A stretch of 64,000 bases of DNA from Felis catus (Eukaryota): positions 10,354,001 through 10,418,000 of the forward strand of contig NC_058368.1 of assembly GCF_018350175.1 (NCBI RefSeq), read 5' to 3'. Under the pieces are notes generated by a model. It was given only the letters and a program-made list of their open reading frames with translations, did not search any database and was not told the DNA's origin. The position numbers and the translations under genes were made by a program. This document shows positions 13,552 through 24,465 of this stretch, one piece after another. Position 1 is the first letter of the stretch; each line of letters starts with the position of its first letter.

Positions 13552-13756
13552 TTTTTTTATTTTTTGTTAGAGAGAGAAAGAGAGCATGAGAGAGGGGGAG
13601 AGGAGGGCAGAGAGAGAGGGAAATAGAATCCCAAGCAGCTTCTGCACTGCCAGGGCAGAGCCCAATGTGGGGCTTGACCTCACGACCATGAGATCATGAC
13701 CTGAGCCGAAATCCAAGAGTCAGATGCTTAACTGACTGAGCCACCCAGGCATCCCC
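13552..13756 (-). mobile_element. Can-SINE (older subfamily)
   Basis: Ends gagccacccaggcatcccc; TSD caactcta[t/c]ttt at 13540 and 13757. Confidence 0.9.
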
Positions 13757-16654
13757 CAACTCTACTTTATTAGAACTTCAAAAGAATGAGGACGTGTTGA
13801 TCTGGTTGACTGGAATTCAAGGCATCCTCCAGCCTATGCTTTGCAAGTGAGTTGTGTTACTGGTCTTAAGGTCAGGATGGACAAAAGGAACTTCCTCTTT
13901 GACATTTTGCCTCCACAGAACTTTGCTCCCAAGGGAGTATATCAATCCTTCCCATTTGATTGCCTGGGCCACATGCATCCAGCTTCATGATAGCCCCACA
14001 AGGGGATTCTTATTTAAGCAGTACTTTGGCTACTATTTCTCCAGTGTGGGACAGTTAGGAATAAATCCCCAGAGGAAAGGAGGAGTGCGTGGTTTATTAT
14101 CCCAAACACCAACTCAAACACCAAACAACTCCCTTAACTTTAAACCTACTCTCAATCTCTTATCTGTAGGGTGTCCCAAATAAAAGCAGTATTGCCAACA
14201 GCTTATTGCCATATTATTGTTTCCAAATAGCCCTTAGCAGAAATTTAATGTTGTCTTGAGGGGGATGTACACAGAAACAAAATAAAGAGTAAGTGCTCAG
14301 TCAAGACACTGTATAGACCTATTTCAAATGCGTTTTGTTTTTTTAAAGGGCTATTTTGGAACAGAGATGGTTATTGGAAGGATGCTGGGAAATGAAACCA
14401 TAGAACATCATGTGGAGTCAACACGCACTCACTGAGCCACCTTCCTATCAGGCAGGAGTTTGCTGGCTTTCCTCATAGCACTCATTTAATTATTAACACA
14501 TTAGTATGTTGCCTACATAGCTCAGCCATCAGCATGTAATTTAAGCAAGTAGAATGAACGTTGTAGAGGACCACAACATAATAGTATTCTTTAAAGATTC
14601 TATTTTTTTTAGCAAGTATTTCACAGTCAGATAATTCTCATAAGAAAAAGCACTGAGCCTTGAATGCCCAAAATGAATAGAATTTTCAGAAATGGGAATT
14701 GTGGCTATTTAAAGTATATTCCTATTTGACTTTTTTCTTTGCCTCAAGTGTTGCATGAATAATGGGCTTTTGGCTTGTTTGGGGAGACTTTCATATTTGC
14801 AGATTAATGACCCAGTCCTAGCTGCGACGGCAGTGTCCAAATACTTCATTTCGAAAACAAACCCAGATCTGGAATTTTTAACAGCTCCAGATCTGGGATC
14901 GGATTGTCATTTATTGGGGCTCTAAAGCATAAATCCAGGACTGACAGCAAGAAAATCTAACTGAGCACAAGATCAGGGCAGTTTAAATGAAGGAAAGCGA
15001 TTCACCTGACTTTAAACTGCCGTTGTTGGGATAACTCAGTCAACAAAGCAATTTCTTCAATCTGTCGTCAGTGAGAAATTATGGGAACTTGAAACTATTT
15101 ATAAAAAATGATTTCTAATGTTATTAGGCTAATTCAACAGCTGTATATAAGCACCTAGTTTATGTGCAGATACAAAGGCTAATTCAACGGGGTATTGACA
15201 CAGAATTACAATAGAATGCAATAAATGCTATCAACGTGATAGAGTTATGTACAAAGGAGGGGGACCCTGTGCTGGGGGTGGGGGTAGGGACAAGAAAAAA
15301 GAGTCAAATGTGATTTGATGGTTTTTTATCTCATACTTTAAATTTTTCTGTTTTTATGTGCTTTTAGATATACATAATTGGTATAGTGACACCCTTGTAA
15401 TTTATAGATACAGGTCGATACAGGGCATAATCAATTGTTTAGAGAGCAGTGCTAAAGGAGAACAGAAACAGAAACCATTTGATCTGAGGTGTGGCGGGAC
15501 AACTTCACCAAAGAAGCAATATTCGATCTGAATCATACAGGAAAAGCCTGTGATTTTGCCAGGCAGGAACGTGGGGGGGGGGGGGGAACCATCTTAGTCA
15601 GAAGGAAAATATTGCGGTGTTTTCTCCTATGTGTGAAAGAACGCGTCATTTTTATGAACGCAGTGTGGTCCTAGAGAGTCCTGCATCTAAGGTGGGACAC
15701 GTGAGGGAAGACAGCTATAGAGCTGATGGTAGAAAGGTCGAGGCTAGAGTGTGAAGGACTGAGGATGCCAAGTTCATGAACCTGTTTTACCCCACAGGAA
15801 GGAGAGGTAGGGAGGGAAGAGAAGGATACTCCCACCATTCTACTGCCCCATTCTATCAATCTGTGGGATTCTCTTCTTGGCTCTGATGCTAACAGTGGGT
15901 CTCCCTCTGTTGGTGGGAGAAGGAATAAGAATCGAAACCCTCTCCGGCCTCACCTGACACCTAAAACGCAAGACAAGGTCTCAGACTTTCAACACCTGGA
16001 CGGTAATGATTTCTCCAGAATTTTATAACCAAGTTGATATCGTTGGTTAGCACAACATCGATCTTAGACGTGTGGTCAGGTTAAGTATGATCTTTGAACT
16101 CACTCTTTTTTCTCCTCTTAACGCGACTCTATTCCCATGACTAGATATCTGTCTGAAAATCTCAAGTAACCAAATCATGAAATTAAATGCAATAACATGC
16201 CATGCTTGACATTGTTCGCCACGTTTTGTATTAGTCATGGGTCATAACCGCAAGCTACAGAAGTCACTCTGGCTGACTTAAGAAGAAAGGGGACAGAGAG
16301 GTTATTGGCTAGGTCAAATAATCTGAAGCGTTGGTGGATGAACATGAGGGAGGGGCAGGAGACCAGGCTTGGAGGCCAGGAAGCCAAGAATAAGCCCCCC
16401 CCCCCCCCCGGCCCCGGTCGTGCTGGAGATTGACCCATCAAATGTGCTGCCAGCCCCAGATGCTGCTGCTCACACTGTTGGTGGCACCAACACCGGCGGG
16501 ACCTGTCGCCGATGCCACGGTTCACTGCAGAGTGTACCCTGCAGCCTGGGGTGTCTGATGGGCGGAGTCTAGGTGTGGCCCCTGCTTCCTAGCAGCAATG
16601 AAGGCTGGGGGACTGATCAGGCTCTGCCTACAGTAAGACGAGGAATTTCCCAAA

Positions 16655-17410
16655 TGTAGCAAAGCGACTCGGTTTTCCTTGGTTCCCGGCACAGAGCTCC
16701 TAAAACCCTTGGGATTTCCTGAGTGATAAGAATGACAGCAGTTTCTTTTGTTGAGGTGTTTCTTAGGGATCCCCTAGACGGCTTCAGGACAGAAGTCTGG
16801 TTGCCAGAAAGATCAAGCCTTGATTAGAAGCCCCAATCCTCACTGCCTCTCCCCCCTACCTCTCAGCCCAACCTCTGGGGAGAAAAGAGATTGAGGCTAG
16901 AGGCTGGAGATCGAGTTAATCACCAACTGGCCAGTGATTTAATCAATCATGCCCGCGAGATGAAACCCCCGTTAAGCCCCCGAATGATGGTATTTGGAGC
17001 GCTTCCGAGTGAGTGAATACATCCATGTGCTGGGGGGGGGGCAGGGCGCCCCAGCTCCACGAGGACAGAAGCTCCGTGCTTGGCATCCTTTTGTACCTCA
17101 CCTCTTCATCTGGTTGTTCATTTGTATCCTTTACAAGAGACCGGTAAACCTAAGTGAAGTGCCTTTCTGGGTTCTGTGAGTTCTATCAAATTATTGAAAG
17201 GGAGGAGGAGACTGTAGGAACCCCAGATTTGTGGCCTATCCGCCAGAAATAGGGTGACCCTGTACTTGCAACTGGCATCTGAAGTGGGGGCAGTCTGTGG
17301 GAGGCTTTTAACCTACAGGTGGATGGCGGGTGGTGTCAGAATGGAATGGGACCGTTGGACACCCAGCTGTTGTCAGAGAGCTGGAAGGTGGTGTCGCAAA
17401 AGACACCCAC
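16655..17410 (+). mobile_element. MER21-like LTR
   Basis: ggcacagagctcctaaaacccttgggatttcctgagtgataaga, gccagtgatttaatcaatcatgcc and acttgcaactggcatctgaagtgggggcagtc match recalled MER21; preceded by an MLT1-like fragment at ~16225-16650. Confidence 0.75.
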
Positions 17411-20336
17411 CGTTTGCTCTCAAGATGGGAAAAAACAGCCCGCAGGGTGGTGTCCCTAACTCGGGGTCCTACCGTTTGCCACTCTCTCTCTTTTCTTATT
17501 GGCTCCTGCGATTGTTCTTTGCTTCCAATTCTTTTGTGGATCCTTTAAAATCTGTGTTTCAGCCACTCCCCCTTCTCCGAGTTCCCGTCCACCTGTCTAT
17601 CTGCTTACAGAACATTTCTGTTTAGACGGCCCACCCTCGCCTCAAATACAACTTGCCAGAGAACTGAAATCTTTGATATCGACGCATTCTTTTCCCTCGT
17701 TTATCTCACCATGGTACTTAGCTTCGAGGTTTCCAAACTTCGGAATCATGTTTCATTCCTTCTGGCTAATCCTGAATCTTTCTGACTTATCCTTCACGAT
17801 AACTCTCGCGTTCACGTTCCATTCGAATTCTGCAGTCCCGGTTCTAGTTCAGCTCTTTATTGACTTCTGCATGGACTGTTGCCATGGCCTTCAACCTACC
17901 TCACTGCCATCTGTCTGTACTCTCTCCGGTGTATCCTAGAATCTGCCACCAGAGACTTCTTCATGGGCTACCTCCGTGAGCGTCAGCCTCTCTACAACGC
18001 CATGGTTTCCTCTTGACTACTGGAGAAAGGACACTTTTGCAAGCCTGCCATTCAAGGCCTCAACCATCTTGCTTCAACTTCGTCACTCTGTTCTAGCATT
18101 ATACAGTCTATGATTTTACCTCAAACATTTAAATGAACTAAGAAATGTTATCATGCAGGGAGCACGGAAAGGAGACTGTGTTGACTTCAATCTTTCAGAG
18201 GTCCTTTAAATTTGATGGCTGCAATGTGTCTCCTCGTAATCCCTTCTCTTCCATTACTACTGTACCTCTTGAGTTTCTTCCCGCTCTCAGCTCACCCCCG
18301 AGGGCCTCGGTGAGTCCGGACAGCTCCCCTGAGCAGACATCGCACGCACCTCAAGATCTGGCATTTCCTTCTTTCCTCTCTTCCATTTTATATCCCTCTA
18401 AAAGTAGATGCCGGTAGATGTTACAAAGCGGGAAAACACAAAAACAGAGGACCTGCCTACCTCTGAAAGCCCTGACAATTTAATTTCAGCAAGATATTCC
18501 AACATCTGCTTGACTTAAAGCTGCTGAAATGCTATTTCTGAAAGTTGTATTTTCATTTGCCCCACAGCTATTTTATCATTCTAGAAGTTGGGCAATTACA
18601 AAGGAAGTACATCTTTAGCAAAAAGAGAGACAAAGATTTGATTCTATTTTGGTTCTAGCTTTTTTGATTAAAATAAATATTGTCTGTATCTTTAAGCCTA
18701 ACGTTTTCCTTGTTGATGGATGAGAAGTCCTCGGGGCCCTGTGACCTCCCTCCTTGGGCCCTTGGCAGCTTTATCGTCTCTTCCCAGGGACTTGAGCCCT
18801 CACTGGGGCCAGTGCCCCCCTCCTGGGCTTGCTACAGCTTCCTGTCCGCTCACCCCTGGAACCCATCTTTGTATGTTACCAATACATCTTCGGACATTAT
18901 CCACCGTTGCCACCGCATTAGTCTATTGGCCCTCTTGCAAATACGTCTCTGATTTCACTGAACTTTATGTCTTTTTCTCCCCTACCCCTTTTCCAGTTCT
19001 ATCAGTTTGGATCCTTCCCTTATTTCATGACCTCTATTCAAATCCTACCTTCTCCCTGCAATTGTCCTTGATCACCCGAGCCAGAGCTTTCTTTTTTCCC
19101 CGAGAGCACTCAAAACTGTTCGATTCATCTGGACTCCTCCTCCAGCTGCCTTGTTCAGCGATTATTTTCGTGGTTACTCGATAAAAACTCAAGAACGGTA
19201 CACAGGTCAGCTACGGAGACATACGTGTAGTCTTCATCTTTCCTTTCGAGAGTAAATTGTGAGTTTCTGAAGGGCAGAGGCTAAATTCTGAAAACTGACC
19301 CTTGCTCATGCCCCCTAGCATCTCCTCAGAGCAGACACTGGGGTGGTGGAGGATGGGGGGCACACAGGGTGTTGATGCTGGACAGTAATCAACAGCATCC
19401 AGCTCTACTCTGTTCCGGCCATGAGGACAGCACCTGCCCCACCCTGCAGGGAAACCTGAGCCGAGACGTCTGTTCGCTGTTGCTGGAAGCCTTTGACTTG
19501 GGGTGTGTGTGTGGGGGGGGGGGGTGGCTTTCCGGCAGGTGCCTGTACTGCAACAATGACCCTGGAGGAGAACTTGAGTTGAGATGGCAGGCAGCCTGAG
19601 ATCACTGACAATGGAGCACAGCTGGCCTGGAGGGTCACCTGGGCCAGCAGCGGACTTGGAAGGACTTTTGTAATTGTAAGCCAGTGAGGTTTTCGGGTTG
19701 TTTGGTACCACGATGTAACTTGGCCCATCTAGCTGATGCTTATTTTAAGTCCCTGATGATTAGAGGCTTAATTAGGTAACTGAAAGCCAAAATGGGATCC
19801 TTGGAAATTTGGGACTTCAAATGCAATAAATCTAAAACCAAATAGCGAGCAATTCAGGGTAAGAGAGAGGGTTTTAGAGTCACCCCCTGGTTTGAGTACT
19901 GGCGCCCCGTTTACAAGTTGTATGTCCTGACCTGGCAGTTTGCAACCTTTTTGGTCTCAGGACCCCTGTGTAGTCTTAAAAATTATTAATAACCCTGAAG
20001 AACTTTTGTTTACGTGGGTCATATCTATAAGTACTATTTTAGATATAAGAGCAAGGAAGTGAAACATATTAATAGGTAAAAAATAACAACACTTAACCCG
20101 TCATCTGTTCGTACACATTTTTTTGTGTGATAAATAACTATATTTTCCAAAAGAAAAAAAATAAAAAGAATGTCATTATTTCACATTTTTGTACATTCTT
20201 TGATGTCTGAAGATGAGTGGATTATTTTCATATTTCTTCTTTATTTTATCTGGTGGGACACATCGTTTGGGATGAAGTAAGTGAAGAAAAGCAAGCTTCA
20301 CAGATACATAGTTGAAAAACGAAGAGATTTTAAGTG

Positions 20337-20551
20337 ATTTATTTATTTTAAAATTTATCTATTTATTTTGAGAAAGAGAGAGAGAGAACAAGCAGGGGAG
20401 GGGCAGTGAGAGGGAGAGAGAGAGAATCCCAAGCATCCTCCATGCTGTCAGTGCAGAGCCCGGCAGGAATCAAACTCACCAAACGTGAGTTCCTGACTTG
20501 AGCTGAAATCAAGAATTGAGTGCTTAACTGACCGAGCCACCCGGGTGCCCC
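20337..20551 (-). mobile_element. Can-SINE inserted in Charlie1
   Basis: T-rich tail, (GA)n, ends gagccacccgggtgcccc. Confidence 0.9.
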
Positions 20552-20589
20552 AATAATCTTTCCATTTAATTGCATTCTTCTTAAAATGC

Positions 20590-20657
20590 TTATTTATTTA
20601 CTGATTTATTTTTTGAGAGGCAGAGAGAGCATGTGTGCACACGAGGGAGGGGCAGAG

Positions 20658-20706
<49 letters not shown>

Positions 20707-20818
20707 CCGAAGCATCTCCATGGCCCGGAGCCTGATGTGGGGCTCGAACTCATGAACCATGAAATCATGACCTGAGCTGAAGTCACACGCTTAACCGACT
20801 GGGCCACCCAGGTGCCCC
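20590..20818 (-). mobile_element. Can-SINE with expanded (GA)n, inserted in Charlie1
   Basis: (GA)~22 at 20661-20704; ends gggccacccaggtgcccc. Confidence 0.9.
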
Positions 20819-23201
20819 AGACATTCAAACACCAAAACTCGAGATAATTGGGAGTTTCTCAAACATTAGTTGCAGCATGGAATCTGAAGCCATATCAGTG
20901 AATTTTGTACTGTGTTACGTTAAAACTCATTGGTCTTTTACTTTGAATAGCACTTTCTAAAACCCATTCATGATTTTGTAACATCATACACAAGTCATTC
21001 GGAAAATACTGTCTCACAGAAGTAGGCGCGTCTTCCCAACGTTGACATGCGTCAGTATAGGATATCAGAAAGAAAATTACATTTCTTAATACCACCTTTG
21101 ATCTCATGGAAAAGTCTTTAAGGATCGGGAGGCTAGTAGGCTCACGGTGGCAGACACGAGTTTTCCAAAATTCAAGTCTCATGTCAAAGCCTGAATTTTA
21201 TCGTTGCCAACGAATGCCATCCGTTATTTTTTCCTGGAAGTGACAGGCTCACTTTGTTTCTTTTTGAGAAAATGTGTGCCCGGTCCCCGAGGTTGAAGAG
21301 CCATGGTTTGTCAGTCTATCAACTAACAATGGTGTTGTGCAGGGGGAAAAAAAACAAGCATTCGGTTCAGTGATCACACGAATGCTTTTTCTTGAGAGGA
21401 TGTCAGAGTTTGATATATAGGAGAAGTCCTTTGACGCCACACCTCAGTTTCGCCACACAAAATATCAAAAAGGCATGTACTCAGGGCGTCACTTAATAAG
21501 ATTAGTAATTCGTACTGTTCCGTTAAGCGGTAACTTGGCTTTTGTGTTGCCGTTACCACTGCCTTGATTAGCGCTGAGCCAATACAATAGCACTTTGACC
21601 CGTGCTGCCTTTCACCATTGGTGGAAGTTCAACACAGATTAAAAAGCAAATAACATGTTAGTGTTGTCACAGAAAGTTTTGAGAGCTGCGTGAACTAATC
21701 GTCTTGAGAATTGAACAAAATGTTATTTAACGAGAAGTAATGCCTGTGAAGCCCTTGGCTGAGTACCTGGCGTATACGTGTTTATTAAATATTAGCTATG
21801 ACTGTGAGGCCGTTGATTCTGTGACGGTGTAGCTCTCAGTAATAATGGCAGTAATGATGAACCTCCATTTGTTTCTCTTACCAATTCGCTCCTCTGGCCG
21901 ATCTCTGTTTTAGTTCATTGCTCCGTCCGTCTCCTTCTGTGGTCTCTTCGCTCCAGCCAATAGCTGTTCACCCCCGAGAACTGGATGGTTGATCTGCCCT
22001 CTGTCACGTCTTCACAGTGATCCCTTCTCTTCCTGCTGCTGCCACCCTGGTTAAAGGGCACAACTTTGTGGAAAGAAACTGCCACCAAAGGCAGTTCTGG
22101 CTGTTGGGGTTTGACCTGCCTGAGATTCACTTTACCGCTCTGCAAAGCGAGGAGAATGGCCCTTTTATGTATATTTTTTGTGAGGGTTAAATGAAGTCAC
22201 ATAGTTGAAAGTAATTATATTAGTTTCGGGTGTGCTGTTTAGTTGTTTTTTTTTTTTTTAACCATTCTTTCTGCTTTTCCTTCCTCTCTCCAATTCATCC
22301 AAAATGTTACCGTTGAATTAATTTTTTCACAGCATAGCCCTTTCATGAAATCAGGACCCAACACACATGAACAGGGAACATTACGTTCCGGGTTTTCTGA
22401 CAGCGGTTGCAGACTTAGGGCACAAGACAGGCCTTAGGAGCTACGGTGTCACGGTGGAGGGTTTTGTCATTACCACTGAAACACCTTTCCCATCTCTCCA
22501 CTGCCCTTCCTGCGACACTCAACGGAAGGTCAATCTCCTTAGCGTGGCATTTAACGTCCTCCTCAAGGCAGCCCGAACTGGCTTCTCCTTCATATTCTCT
22601 ATGTGCCGGCCAAACCGACCTCCTCAGTCTTTGAACTCGTAGCTCCCAGCTTCCATGTTACTGCCCGCCCTGTTCTCTCTGTTGCAACGCCCATCTCACC
22701 TTCTCTCGCTGCAGACAGCCCCTTTGACCCTTAACCCGCAGTTCAACTCCCCGTGTGCGAGACCTTCTTCCGCCCGCAGGTGGATGTGCTAACCTTCTCC
22801 CTGCATTTCTGTCATACTTTGTTCAGATGCTTCTGAGAGTGCTTTCCATATTCTACACAAGCTCATGGCTACTCATGCGCATCTCGGTCCTCTCCACCAG
22901 ACTGTGATCTCCCCAGGAAACGCGTTTCTCTTCCCAACCTCAGCAGGTCCTGTGGGGGCCTCCTACCTGCCTTTACTCTCTGACATGTTTATTGATGGAT
23001 AAGTGAAGAAGAATTGTGTTCGTTTTGTTGAGTTTATTAACCAGGATCCTACACCTGGAAGCAGCTGTTGTAAAAGAAATGACTATTTATTGGCAACAGC
23101 ACCCAAAACACCAACACATTTCATGTAAGCTGCTGTGCATTTATGACCCACACCTCCTGTTCTTAATAAAAGTCTTAATAAAAGCACCACATAGCTATTA
23201 T

Positions 23202-23202
23202 T

Positions 23203-23241
<39 letters not shown>

Positions 23242-23242
23242 T
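23202..23242. repeat. (TTTA)n microsatellite
   Basis: Directly visible. Confidence 0.9.
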
Positions 23243-23523
23243 GTTTTCTTCATTTTCTTTCATTAATTTCTGGTAATTTCTAACAAATAGGGTTGTATCT
23301 CCTTGGTTACATTTATTACTAGGTATTTTATTCTTTTTGATGCAATTGTAAACGGGATTGTTTCTCTTTCTGATGCTTAATTATTAGTATATAGAAACCC
23401 AACAGATTTTTGTATACTTATTTTATATCCTGCAACTTTACTGAATTTTTTTTATTAGTTCTAAGCTTTCTGATGGAGTCTTCAGCGTTTTCTACATTTA
23501 ATATCCGGTCATCTGGAAATAGT
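23243..23523 (-). mobile_element. L1 ORF2 (RT region) fragment, antisense
   Basis: gtattttattctttttgatgcaattgtaaacgggattg, tatcctgcaactttactgaatt and gtcatctggaaa (degenerate FADD region on - strand). Confidence 0.8.
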
Positions 23524-23529
23524 CTGGAT

Positions 23530-24000
23530 CCCACTGTTGGTGGGAATGTAAGCTGGCACAGCCACTATGGAAAACAGTATAAGGGTTCCTCAAAAAAGTA
23601 AAAATACAACTACCATAGGATTCAGCAACTCTACTTCTGGGTATTTATCCAAAGGAAACGAAAACCAATTGGAAAAGGTATCTGCACCCCAATATTCATT
23701 GCATTATTTACAATAGCCAAGCTATGGAAAAGACCTGTGTCCACTGATAGATGAATGGGTAATGAAAAAAGAATAAAGAATATTATTCAGCCACACAAAG
23801 GAATAACATCTTGCCATTTGCAACAACATGGATGGACTTTGAGTAAATAAGTCAGACAAAGACAAATGCTGTACGATCTCTTTTATATGCAGAGACTAAA
23901 AAATATATGTATATATAAAAAAAATAAACAAGCTCATAGATGCAGAGAATAGATCGGTTTCCAGAGGTAATGGGTGCGGGATAGGAGACATGGGTAACTT
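23530..24000 (+). mobile_element. L1 ORF2 C-terminus and 3' UTR fragment, sense
   Basis: cactgttggtgggaatgtaa..cagccactatggaaaacagt..cttctgggtatttatccaaag..ccatttgcaacaacatggatggac. Confidence 0.85.
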
Positions 24001-24048
24001 ATTATTATTATAGTTTAAATAAATTGGCTATTAAGAATGGATCCTAGA

Positions 24049-24465
24049 GGGGCGCCTGGGTGGCTCAGTCGGTTAAGTGTCCGACTTTGGCTCAGGTCAT
24101 GATCTTGTGGTTCACGGGTTTGAGCCCCAAGATGGGCTCTGTGCAGACAGCTCAGAACCTGGAGCCTGCTTTGTGGATTCTGTCTCCCTCTCTCTCTCCC
24201 CCTCCCCCACTCGTACTCTGTCTCTCTCTCTCTTTCAACGTTTATTTATTTTTGGGACAGAGAGAGACAGAGCATGAACGGGGGAGGGGCAGAGAGAGAG
24301 GGAGACACAGAATCGGAAACAGGCTCCAGGCTCTGAGCCATCAGCCCAGAGCCTGACGCGGGGCTCGAACTCCCGGACCGTGAGATCGTGACCTGGCTGA
24401 AGTCGGACGCTTAACCGACTGCGCCACCCAGGCGCCCCTCTCTCTCTCTTTCAAGGAAAAAAAAA
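24049..24465 (+). mobile_element. Can-SINE (host element, split by a nested SINE)
   Basis: Head ggggcgcctgggtggctcagtcgg at 24049; tail resumes after 24438; TSD aagaatggatc[ct/ac]aga at 24033-24048 and 24466-24481. Confidence 0.92.
24239..24438 (-). mobile_element. Young felid Can-SINE nested in inverted orientation
   Basis: Full SINEC_Fc-like copy flanked by a perfect direct repeat tctctctctctttcaa (24223-24238, 24439-24454). Confidence 0.95.

Larger units (their letters stand above)
19936..21710. mobile_element. Charlie1-family hAT DNA transposon remnant, interrupted by two SINEs
   Basis: Start cttttttggtctcaggacccct..aaaaattatt..gaacttttgtttacgtgggt and internal gtggcagacacgagttttccaaaattc, gaagtgacaggctcactttg match recalled Charlie1a. 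Confidence 0.75.
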
